Assembly: GCA_965645245.1 (NCBI GenBank) | Contig: OZ287070.1 | Span: 868,001-932,000, forward strand | DNA: 64,000 nucleotides | Direction of reading: 5' to 3' | DNA from: Massalongia carnosa | Lineage: Eukaryota | Shown: piece after piece, positions 1-11,527 of the stretch | Position numbering within the stretch: the first letter of the stretch is position 1 | Layout of the letters: every line of letters starts with the position of its first letter | The notes under the pieces: model-generated | The model's input: the letters and a program-made list of their open reading frames with translations, nothing else | What the model was told of the DNA's origin: nothing | The model's database searches: none | Program-made: the position numbers and the translations under genes

Positions 1-1720
1 AACAACAGAAATCAAGCCTGATTGGGCCAAGGGATGGGGCCGTAAAGGCACAGCACTTCATGGTATAGGTGATCTAGGTTAGTACTTTTCCTGATATTTT
101 TTTGTGTTATTAACGGCAGTGCACAGTTGGCGCAAATGATGCATTTGAGGATGCGTTGAAGCTTGATCCTGCCAATACACAGGCTAAATCGGGTCTCTCT
201 GCTGTCAAGCGTGCTATAGACGCTGAAGCAAAAGAAGATGGTGGAAAGGGTATTGGGGGACTCGGCAATATGTTTAATGATCCTCAATTGATTCAAAAGC
301 TTTCCGCAAATCCTAAAACACGCAACTTACTCGCAGACCCTCAATTTATGGCCAAATTACAGAAGCTAAAAGAAAATCCAAGCAGTGTTGGCGATGCGTT
401 GGGAGACCCAAGATTTATTAGCGTTATGGGCGTCTTGCTGGGTATCGATATGTCAGGCGATATGGGATTTAAGCCCCCAAGCACCTCCGAGCATGAAGAA
501 GACATTCCTATGCCAGATGCGCGCCTCCCATCAGAGAACGCCGAACCAACGCCTAGGACTGCTGAGCCTGAACCTGTAATCGAATCCGAGCCAGAGGATG
601 AAGAAACTGCAAGTCGTCGGAAGGCTAAAGACGAAGCTGATGCAGAGAAAAAGCTTGGCACGGAAAATTACAAAAAGCGTCAATTTGATGCAGCCATCGA
701 GCACTACAGCAAAGCCTGGGATTTGCACAAAGATATTACCTATCTGACCAACCGGAGCGCCGCAAAATTTGAGAAGGGTGATTTTGAGGGTTCCATCGAC
801 GACTGCAAGAAGGCAATTGAGGAAGGTCGGGAGGTGTTGGCAGACTTTAAGATTATTGCAAAGTATGTACGTCCCATCTTTTCATGTCAGAAATTTTGGC
901 TGATGTGAATAGGGCCTTTGGTCGTATTGGCACGGCCTATGAGAAGCTTGGCAACCTCCCACAGGCTATTCTAAACTATCAGAAATCCTTGACTGAACAT
1001 CGAACACCTGATATTCTTAATAAACTTCGTGCAGCAGAGAAGGCTCAAATTAAGGCAGAGAAAGAAGCTTACATTAACCCTGAAGAAGCCGAAAAAGCGC
1101 GCGAACTCGGAAATCAGAAATTCAAGGAAGCGGATTGGCCTGGTGCCGTCGAAGCTTACAGTGAGATGATCAAACGTGCACCAGATGATCCACGAGGCTA
1201 TTCGAACCGTGCTGCTGCCTTGATTAAGTTGATGACGTTCCCAGGTGCCGTTACCGACTGCGACGAAGCCATCAAGAAAGATCCCAAGTTCATAAGAGCA
1301 TACTTAAGAAAGGCTCAGGCTTACTTTGCTATGAAGGAGTATAGCAAATGTTCCGATGTGTGCATCGAAGCAATGGAGCACGACGAAGAAGGCGCTAATT
1401 ATCGCGAGATTGAACAACAACAACAGAAGGCGTTGCAAGCACAATTTGCGGGACGTGATGGGGAATCAGAGGAGCAGACAATGGAGAGAATTCAGAGAGA
1501 TCCAGAGGTAAGCGGCCAGCTCCTGCGTGACGAAGAAGCAGCAGCGCCTGTGCTGATAAACCGTGATTAGATCATGGGCATTCTGCAAGATCCGATCATG
1601 CAAAGCATTTTGCAGCAAGCCAAGGGTGACCCAGCTGCGTTGCAGGAACACATGAAGAATGCAGGCATCAGGTCCAAGATCCAAAAACTGGTAGCCGCTG
1701 GTGTTATACGAACCCGCTAA
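1..1720 (+). CDS. STI1: Hsp70/Hsp90 co-chaperone STI1/HOP, 5'-partial; introns 78-126, ~863-912, 1508-1570
   Basis: TPR repeats (KKLGTENYKKRQFDAAIEHYSKAW, RELGNQKFKEADWPGAV) and DP/STI1 domains (FNDPQLIQKL, ILQDPIMQSILQQA). GT-AG introns join ORFs 156-908 and 884-1570 to a last exon ending TAA at 1718-1720. Confidence 0.95.
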
Positions 1721-2045
1721 GACCAAGGCAGACCAAGGAACGGGCAGAAGGGTGCGTGGCTGTAGTAATTTGTATTACATGTCCATTGTTTGAAAAGCCC
1801 GTGAGCGATGCATATGTACAATATCACGAAGTTCGATGAGCGACCACTCTTTCACACTTTCATACTTATTGGCTTTGAAATAAGGTGTCGCCTAGTCCTC
1901 TAGGGTTGCATTTGATGACGGTGCAGATTGTATGTGTTGCTTTTCGGAGGTATAGAAACTTCAGCCTATCACTATACTCCAAAAACCGTCCAGCAGTTTG
2001 AGTCTTCGTGAAATGACGTGTTACTCTCATTTATTCATGGGTCCT

Positions 2046-2164
2046 GAGTTCCTGAGTTGTGAGTTCCTGAGTTGTGAGTTCCTGAGTTGTGAGTTCCTGA
2101 GTTGTGAGTTCCTGAGTTGTGAGTTCCTGAGTTGTGAGTTCCTGAGTTGTGAGTTCCTGAGTTG
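2046..2164. repeat. Minisatellite, about 8 copies of the 15-mer GAGTTCCTGAGTTGT
   Basis: Read directly; perfect head-to-tail copies with no spacers. Confidence 0.95.
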
Positions 2165-2262
2165 CGCGTCCTGATCGGCATGCCAACACAAACAGGGCAG
2201 GAAGCCACCCATGCTCCCTGAAGGGCTTCGGACCGAGATTTACCCGTAATACCTTTAATTTA

Positions 2263-4943
2263 GGGTACTGATATATGGACACCCCATCCGCTACCTAGAC
2301 ACACCCTAGACACAGTAGCCTAGACACACTCTCCGGCTACCTAGACACACCCCTTCCGGCTATCTAGACACCCAACACAAAAAAATTCTAGGGGTAGGGC
2401 TGGACCCGTCCCTAAACCTCATTAGGAAGCCATCTTCCTCGATCAGAATAAGTGACGTAAATTCTTCATTTTCTCATCTCAATTTTCAGTTTCCTGATCC
2501 TACATTCTGGATCAACCATGCCTCTATTACCTCCCGCCGACGGGCAGTCTTTCGAAACTCTAGAAGACTGTCTATTCTGCCTGAATCGACATGCCGGCCC
2601 TGAGGCCTGAGGGATACGCCGTTGTCCTGCATCGTACCAAGAAATCAAAGCTGGGAATTCGTCGAAAAGCGTGGATCATCTGCGATCGAGGTCGCAAGGC
2701 CAGACCGCAAGGCGAAGAACGACGTCACAGTAGCAGTAGATGAATTGAGTGTCCCTTTTCCTGCATCGCTACCTTCGTGAACGACGTCGCCTGGCATTTG
2801 GAAGTAGTCAAACCGGAACATAATCATGAAGCTAGCTTGAGTGGAGCACATCCCGCGCATCGAAGAATCGCCTTGATCGAGCATAAGGAGGAGATTTCTC
2901 GTCAATTGACTGTACAAACCAAACAGGCCAACGTGCTGTCGAGTCTTCGTATTAGAGCTCCGACTCCGAATTCGGTCAGATGGGATGAGAATGGCAATCC
3001 TGAAGTCGTCAATCCGATGTTTATCAGTCGAGACATCTACAACTTTCGAGCTCAATTGCGACGAAATGCTTTGGGCTCATTGACTCCGATACAGAGTCTG
3101 ATTCAGGAGTTTGACAAGAGCGACTGGGTATACGAGTTGCAGACAAATGATGAGAATCAGGTGAGTTTGACAAGGACAGGACAACTGAAGTTGCAGACTA
3201 ATGATGAGAACCAATCAGATCGTCAATCTTTTTTCAGTAAATGCAGTACTCAGACTCTTTTGAAGGCAAATCCGGAATTTTTAGTGATGGATTGCACCTA
3301 CAAAACCAACAGATTCAAAATGCCTTTGTTGATCATCGGCGGACAGGCCGCATTGCATACTACGTTCTATGTCGCCTTCTGCTTCATGCATGAGAAGACA
3401 AATGAGTCTTACATCTGGGCCATGACTCGTTTGAAAGTCTTGTACTCGCAGCTAGAACTTCCTTCTCCAACGACGACAGTCACCGACATGGATAGAGGTT
3501 TGATGTCGGCAATTGAGCTGATTTTCCATCTATCAGTCATTTATTGTGTATCTGGCACATCAACAAGAATGTCCTAGCTCATTGCAAGAAATCATTCAGT
3601 ACTGAGGCATGGGAAGTCTTTTACGGACGATGGAAATCACTTATTAAGGCTGATTCCGAGCCGAATTTTGAAGAGATGGTGGGACAGTTTCGAATCACAT
3701 ACAATCGTACACATGCTGATTTGGTGAAGTATCTTAATGCCACCTACATTTCTTTTCGTCAGAGATTTGTAAAGTGCTGGACTGACCGAGTGAGGCATTT
3801 CGAGACAACGACTACTTCGCGAGGTGAGGGCGGACATGATGCTGTATTGAAAAGGCAGCTGGGAACCTCCAATGGTGACTTAAAAGCAGTCGTAGATGGC
3901 GTCGCCTTGCTACTAACCAATGAGCTTCATAATCACCTCATCGCCATCAATTCGGCTAAGGATCGCTATCCTACCGACTTGCGCAAACCGATTTTCCAAC
4001 GTTTGGCGAGTCGGGTCACCCCGTTTGCACTTCGAAAAATTCTTGGTCAGTACAATTTGTTGGTTGATCAACCAACGGCGATCAGGGCCTGCACCGAGGT
4101 CTTTACTACTGTCACCGGCCTGCCCTGTAATCACAGAATTCAGGAACGACTGTACGATGACGGTGTTTTGTTGTTGGAGGATGTCCATCCTCATTGGAGG
4201 TTGGTTTTGATCAAACACTGTTGAATTCAACTAAGTCTAAATCTAGATTTGAAAGAGACCTTCTAGCTGATGATAATGATCCCTTGCTGGCGGTGCAGGA
4301 TCCCGCTGTCGTGCGACCTCGCGGACGCCCTCGAGGTTCCGAAAACAGAAGACAACAAGTCTTTGAAGCTTCCACCCTGCAAGAACCTTCCTTATTCGAA
4401 CGGATTGAGGCGGAAATAGCTGATCTACAAGGCGGAGAGGTGGCTCCGGACGTGGAAGCTGTCGTACATCGAGCTGATCCAGCTCCAGGGCGGGGAAGAG
4501 GGCGGGAACGCGGGCGGGGACGCGGGCGGGGGGTACGAGCACGAGGACAGGGACAGGGACAGCGACAGGAATCGGGACGGGGACAGGAACAGGGACGGGG
4601 AAGAGGGCGGAGACGAGGTAGGGCATCTCGGGCAAGGGGCGCTGCTACAAATCAAGAAGGGGCGATACCGAATGAGGTTTAGTGGCATGAAATCAGAGTC
4701 TGATTCATGAAGATGATGCCAATCGACTCCATTTCATCAAGGCAATTGCTGTCCATGAGAAATGTGCACATACTTTTCAATTCAAATTTTGAACGTGGGC
4801 GAAAATTTTCAGTCGCTTATCCTAATGAGGTTTAGGGAGGGGTCCAGCCCTACCCCTAGAATTTTTTTGTATGGAGGGGTGTGTCTAGGTAGCCGGAGAG
4901 GGTGTGTCTAGGTAGCGGATGGGGTGTCCATATATCAGTACCC
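2263..4943 (+). mobile_element. Mutator-like (MULE) DNA transposon with complete ends
   Basis: TIRs start GGGTACTGATATATGGACACCCCATCCGCTACCTAGACACACCC (2263) and end ...GGGGTGTCCATATATCAGTACCC (4943). TSD TTAATTTA at 2255-2262 and 4944-4951. Internal MULE transposase. Confidence 0.95.
2518..4682 (+). pseudogene. MULE transposase with frameshifts and premature stops; probable introns 3161-3218 and 4200-4246
   Basis: FAR1/WRKY-like N-terminus (..CPF..HNH), DDE motifs VMDCTYKTNRFKMPL, TDMD, CIWHINKN, TTSRGEGGH, then GLPCNH, HPHW and AT-hook RPRGRPRG. Early stop near 2608 and a frameshift near 3526. Confidence 0.9.
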
Positions 4944-5503
4944 TTAATTTACCCATTTACCGAAGTACCTTATTGGCTCAAGCACATAATTGGCTGACGA
5001 AGGGCAATCGATCTCGCCATGGAACCGAGCTAGTATTTTTACGTACAAGCACGTGATAGACTAGACTCTGTACCAATAGCTTTGGCATGTACGGAGTACT
5101 CGTACGCTAGCTGTCTGAACTCTCAACCAGTTCTCTGGCCGCTGCCAGACTCAGGCTGATTCTAGCGTCAATGATCAAAGCATAACTACCTCTATTCCTA
5201 AAAAAACTCACGCGTGCTTCATCATCAACTACTCTATAACCCTCTCCACCACCTGTGTGCCTTTCTTTTGATATTCCTAGCAGCTTCGGCTCTCGGCCAT
5301 TAAGTTCTCACTAGTGTCGAGACTGGCACAGTTCCTTCCGAGTCTTTGATCATAACCCTAGCATTTTGCTTTTGTGTTGAATACATTTTTTACAGTCAAG
5401 AGACCCGAGTGCTGTCACGAAGGTCGAGGGGAATTAGCTGGGCTGTTCACGTCTCGTCGCCGAGCGTTCAACACCGACATTGATAGTTCAGGAAACCCAA
5501 CCA

Positions 5504-8500
5504 ATGTCTCACCTCTCCTCTCGCGTTGCGGAACTAAAGTCACAGGGTGTGGTTGATGCAGCGCAAGATCCAAACTCCAAGGTGTCGGCTCAAGATGCCG
5601 AGCAAGCCATGGTCACCGAGACTATGAAAGTCGGTGGTGCGGCTTATCAATTCGATCCTAACGCGTCCCCTGAAGAAAAGGCTGCACAAGCTCGCTCCGT
5701 AAGTCGCTGGAAATTCTCTGAAAACTTAGATACTGAGAAGATTTTATATTAGCATGTGCCTCCTGGCCTCCATCATGATAAAACCCCCAAGGCTATCGCG
5801 CTCGTGACAGACATCGTACGTCAGGTCTAACTTTTTGGTTGAAAAATAAAACTCCCGCTCATCATCAAATCTAGGATGATGGTACCCTAGATCAATATGA
5901 CCTACCCCCTCCTTCTGCTAGCGGTGCGGTTTCCGTATCTGCCGCTAATGCTGATACAAGACATGCGAATGGTGACATTTCCCGAGAAGAAGATGCTCAA
6001 TGGGTAGAAAAAGTCGGATGGGCGCCTAGGTTTGGGCAAGGAAGCATTACAGAGGCGGAAGCAGGGGAGAATTTGCTCGACCACCAAACCTTCTTGGAGA
6101 GCAAGTTGGATGATAAATTTTATGGTGGTGAGTTCAGCCTGTAGGTCACTGACGGTGCTCGACCCGATACTAAGCAGAAGTGTTTTGATAGATTGGTACC
6201 ATAACACAGGAGTTATCGTATTCGCTTGCCTTGGTTCTTGGGTTGTGGCATTGCTTGGAGGTGGTCTTGCCTGGGTCTTCATAGTGATGGCCATATGCGG
6301 CACCTATTATCGAACCTCCATTCGTCGAGTGCGGCGCAATTTTCGTGATGATGTGAATCGAGAAATGGCGAAAGCTCGGCTAGAGACCGACACGGAAAGC
6401 CTTGAGTGGATCAATAGTTTTCTGGTCAAATTCTGGCCCATATACGCCCCCGTTCTGTGTCAAACCATCATAAACTCTGTAGATCAAGTCTTGAGCACCT
6501 CAACGCCAGCTTTTCTCGATAGCTTACGTATGAAGACTTTCATTCTGGGCACCAAACCACCACGCTTGGATCACGTGAAGACGTATCCGAAAGCCGAGGA
6601 CGACATTGTTCTGATGGACTGGAAGTTCAGCTTCACCCCCAATGATGTTATGGATCTCACAGCTCGACAACTCAAGAACAAGATCAATCCAAAAGTTGCC
6701 CTCGAGATCAGGATCGGCAAGGGCATGATCAGCAAAGGGATTGACGTCCTGGTGGAGGATTTTTCATTTTCTGGCCTGATGAGAGTAAAAGTGAAACTTC
6801 AAATTCCGTTTCCACATGTCGAAAAGGTGGAGATCTGCTTTCTTGGAAGACCAGAGATCGACTATGTTTGCAAACCTCTTGGAGGAGAAACGCTAGGGTT
6901 TGATATTAATTTTATACCAGGGCTCGAATCCTTCATCAGCGAGCAGATTCATGGCAACTTACAGCCGATCATGTACGAGCCGAATGTTTTTCCCATTGAG
7001 ATCGCCAAGATGCTTGCCGGAAATGCTGTCGACGAGGCTATTGGTGTTTTAGCAATTACGTTCCATGGGGCAAACGGCCTGAAGAATCCAGATAAGCTTG
7101 CTGGGACTCCTGATCCGTACGCGGTTGTATCATTGAATGGTCGCGTACCTCTTGGCAGAACTAAGACCGTCGAAGGAAATGCCAATCCGCGCTGGAATGA
7201 TACCCATTATGTTATTATAACCTCACTTACGGACGCCTTGACTTTACAGGTTTATGATTACAACGAGTATCGTAAAGATAAAGAACTTGGGACCGCAACC
7301 TTTGCACTCGATCAGCTAGAGCAGGTAACAGATCATGAAAATCTACAGCTCGAGGTCATGGCGAATGGCAAAGCGCGTGGGATCATCCAAGCTGATATCC
7401 GGTTCTTTCCTGTTTTATCAGGCAGGAAGCTTGAAGATGGCTCAGAGGAATCAGTTCCCGAGTCGAATACGGGCATTGCAAGATTGACCGTGGAACAAGG
7501 GAAAGACCTAGACGGTACCAAAAGTCTAATAGGTCAGCTTAATCCTTATGCTGTCCTTCTTCTCAATGGCAAAGAAATCCATAAAACAAGGAAGCTGAAG
7601 CGGACAAACAATCCGATTTGGGATAATGGCTCCAAAGAATTCTTCGTTACTGATCGTAAGGCTGCGAGATTGGGGCTCGTCATCAAAGATGACCGAGATA
7701 TTTCTTCGGATCCAATCTTAGGCACCTATCAAATAAAATTAGACGATATGCTGCAATTAATGGAAAAGGGGCATGAATGGTACAACTTAGCAGGGGCCAA
7801 AACAGGCCGCGCAAAGCTAATGCTTCAATGGAAACCTGTGGCGCTGAAAGGGGTAATCGGTGGGTCTGGAGGTTATGTCACTCCTATCGGAGTCATGCGA
7901 ATCCATTTTCAAAATGGGCGAGAACTACGCAATTTAGAGACTGTTGGTAAATCGGATCCTTACGCTAGAGTGCTACTCTCTGGTATTGAAAAAGGCAGGA
8001 CAGTCACTTTTCAAAACAATCTTAACCCAGACTGGAATGAGGTTATTTATGTACCAATGCATTCGACACGAGAGAAACTTATACTAGAGGTAATGGATCA
8101 GGAGAATCTCGGGAAAGATCGTCCGCTTGGATTGGTAGAAGTTGCAGCAGCCGATTACATTCATGAAGGGGATAACGGTGAGTATGAGGTACACGACCAG
8201 AAACAGCAACTATCAGAACCCTTACGGCTGAATGGAAAAGGAAGTCCTAAAGGGAAGCTGAACTTCACTGTTGCATTCTACCCAACACTCAATGTGATGG
8301 AACCAGAGGATGATGAAGCTGAGAAGTCAGCGCAAGATGAGAAGAAAGATGCCTCGTCACAAAAGGGAACGTTAAGCAGCCTGGATGGGTTGGACAGCAA
8401 GAGCTTGGGAAACAGCCCTATGCACGAGAAGCCAAGAGAAGCAGGAAAGATAGACACTGACATGACTACGAGCCTTCAAAAGGGCGAAAAGGAGCAGGAA

Positions 8501-10330
8501 GAGACCAGCCAAGAGGTTAGAAAAGCACCGAAGTTACGTCTCACACCTGACGAACTCGTCAAATATGGTGAGCAAGTAGCAAGAATATTTGAGCGCTCGC
8601 TTGCTAAATTGATATCTGTTCAGAATCGGGTCTCATTATATTCAAACTGATAGAAGGGACTCTCGCACATTCCGATGTTCGGGTTGAGGTGCTCATGGAC
8701 GATATGGTGTTTCCTTCCTACGCATCCTCGAAAGCAAGATCGAAGCACACCCAGTTTGGTGAAAGTATGTTGAGCTAATAGTCTTAAGAACTTAGCTAGG
8801 CTAACCTGGTATTCTAGCTGGAGACGCATTCGTCAGAGAACTCGACGTATCGAAGATAACTGTACGGCTGAAGGATAAACAAGACAAGAAAGGTGATAAC
8901 GATTCCGAATCAACCATCGCAAAGTTACAGGGAAGCACTTTGGATACCCTTCAAAGATGTCTCGTGGGTTAATCAACGTCTGAAACGCTTCAAGCACTAG
9001 CTAATCATGATTCCAGTACAAACCCACTGAGCTCGTACTTAAAGGAACCGATGGATCTATCAGTAAGATCACGGTCAGTTTGAAATATGTCCCGGTAAAG
9101 ATGACACTGGATCCAAGTGAGAGCATCAATAATATGGGAACACTTAGAGTTGATGTTCTTGATGCCGCTGATCTGCCCGCAGCTGACCGCAATGGATATA
9201 GCGATCCATATTGCAAATTTAATCTCAATGGCAAAGAGATCTACAAAACCAAAATCCAGAAGAAGACCCTACATCCCTCATGGAACGAATTCTTCGAATG
9301 TCCTATCACTTCACGTATGGATGCAAAATTTAAGGTCAGGGTCATGGATTGGGACTTTGGCGACAAGGCCGATTTTCTTGGTGAAGCAGCTATCAACCTT
9401 GAGTTGCTCGACCCCTTCCGACCAAAGGAAGTAGTGTTAAATCTAGACGGTAAATCCGGTGCTCTGCGGCTGAAGCTACTTTTCAAGCCCGATTATGTGA
9501 TGCGATCACGCCAAGGATCATCGACGTTTTCCGGCACGTTTGCCACGCCCGGAAAGGTCATTGGTGCACCCGTTAAGGGTGTCGGTCTAGTAGGAGGTGC
9601 TGTGGGCGGTGGGGTTCTCAAGGGCGCTTCGTTCCTTAGGCACGGTTTCAAGAGTAAGAAAGATAGCCGCGACACCACGAACGGCATCGTCGAATCACCG
9701 GACGAGGAGCTAGCTACGAACGGCGACTCCATCAAAACCCCCAAACAATCAACCCCAGTATTTGAAATTAGCCCGCCGCCGCCGCAAACTCCTCCACTTA
9801 ACCCTCACAACCGGACTAGAAGTTTCGGTGGGACTTCCATTATCAGCGCTGCTGGTGGCCCAAGCGGCAAGTTTGAAACAGGGACAGCAACATTCACCGT
9901 AATATCCGCCTCCGGGTTCCCGCCCTCCTCGAAACTGCAAGTCCACGTCAAACAGCTACACTCCAAAGGCGCCAAAGAAGTTCACAAGACCAAAGCAGTC
10001 AAGTCGTCCACGGGGGATGCGCAATGGGAGCAAGAGTTTTTCCGCGTCAACTGCGCACCCGACACGCAGTTCCAAGTCCAGGTCAAAGACGACAAGCTCT
10101 TCGGCGCGGGCGACCTCCTCGGCGAAACCCTTTTTTTCGTCGACGACTCGAGCGCAGGCGGAGGGGGTGAAAAGTCGATCAAAGTTGGCGAGGGGGAGGT
10201 TATCCTCAGGACTGCTTTTTTACAGGCGGAGGAGAGCCTCAGGGCGAGCCCGAAAGCAACAAACCGGAAGAGTTTCTTGAGGAGGGATCGGGACAAAGAT
10301 ACTGTGAGTCGGGGAAACACGCCGAGTTGA
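5504..10330 (+). CDS. TCB: Tricalbin / extended-synaptotagmin family ER-plasma membrane tether (TM hairpin, SMP domain, multiple C2 domains), multi-exon
   Basis: TM hairpin, SMP segment (ESLEWINSFLVKFWPIY), C2 domains (GTPDPY, GKSDPY, GYSDPYCKF). ATG at 5504 joined by short GT-AG introns to TGA at 10330. Confidence 0.93.
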
Positions 10331-10984
10331 CAAGGAGGAGCCGAGGAAGATGAAGGGGAGAGCAGTAACAAGGAGGATATCCCGTGGTGATTCTTGGTTT
10401 GACTCCCTCTAGCCACGACGCAGTTAAAGTATGTCTTGATACCAGCTTATGTATTTCCTCACTTATGTTCATACCCCCGGGTTGCTTTTCTTGTCAGCCT
10501 GACCTATATAATTTCTCTTCTTTGTTTCTGCCCGGATGGAAGAATGTAAGCAGGAGACAGTTGTGAATCTATACCTGGCTCAGGCACAAAGAGTCCTTGA
10601 AAATCCTCTTCCGTTCAAAGTCGTCCATCTCTAAACTCCGTCCCTCACCAAACTCCTAACCTTCCACTGTAGTTAGCTACATCATATCATTCACATGTCG
10701 TGCAGGTATTGACTGTCAATACATTTCACCCTAATCGAGTAGTTCTGGGCAATCAATAACTACTTACGAAACGTATGCATGTGCTTCACTAGCGGCTTTT
10801 CGCAGGCCTAGGAAACAGCCTACCTACCACACGGATTAAAGAAAAGGGGAGGTGGTGTTGGATGAGTATTTTCACGTGGATTACCCAGTGTCAGAGCATG
10901 GAATAGAAGACCTGCATACTAAGTGCCTGTCTTATTCGCCTTTAGGTAAGGCTAAGGAGTGCTTGGGTACTTTGAGTAAGAAGT

Positions 10985-11205
10985 CACGCGGTGCGAAAAA
11001 AAGTTGACACAGTACGCATAAAACTACACAACTACAACATAATATAGAAAATCAACAACAGATGAACCAGTAAAACAGACTTGATAGAGTAATAGAGTTA
11101 TGTGTTCAAATTCACCTTAACTTTTTTGAAATGTATTGCTTAACGATGTAGCCGATCATAATTATTTTATATTTTTGGTGTGTCAACTATTTTTTGCACC
11201 GCGTG
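10985..11205. mobile_element. MITE-like non-autonomous element, 221 bp, 27-bp imperfect TIRs
   Basis: Left CACGCGGTGCGAAAAAAAGTTGACACA (10985-11011) matches the reverse complement of TGTGTCAACTATTTTTTGCACCGCGTG (11179-11205) at 25/27. AT-rich non-coding interior. Confidence 0.7.
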
Positions 11206-11527
11206 GGAAGTGTCCACTTATGCTGGCCCAACCTAAGGGACCGAGATCCTGCCATCTAGTTTTTCACGTAAAATTCATCTATAAACTTCTTCATCTTCAC
11301 TTACATCAATTTCTCTTTCTTTTAGTCTAAGGGTTCGCCTTGGTTTTAGAATCCTAAACCTTTCATGGTTTTCGTTGCAACACCTCCCCCTTCTGCAACA
11401 GCGCTAAAACTCGAAAACAATACCTAGAAAGCAAATCAAAGCTCTGTGGAAATGTCTGAATAACTCGATATCTGATGAGACAATTCGCCCGCTAGCCTTC
11501 CTGTTGCAACGCTGCACTGCTTTACTA

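Noticed and set aside
2027..2282. ORFs with LRNSQ / ELTTQ peptide repeats, and the possibility of a CRISPR array
   Set aside because: They are translations of the 15-bp minisatellite. There are no spacers or cas genes and the context is eukaryotic.
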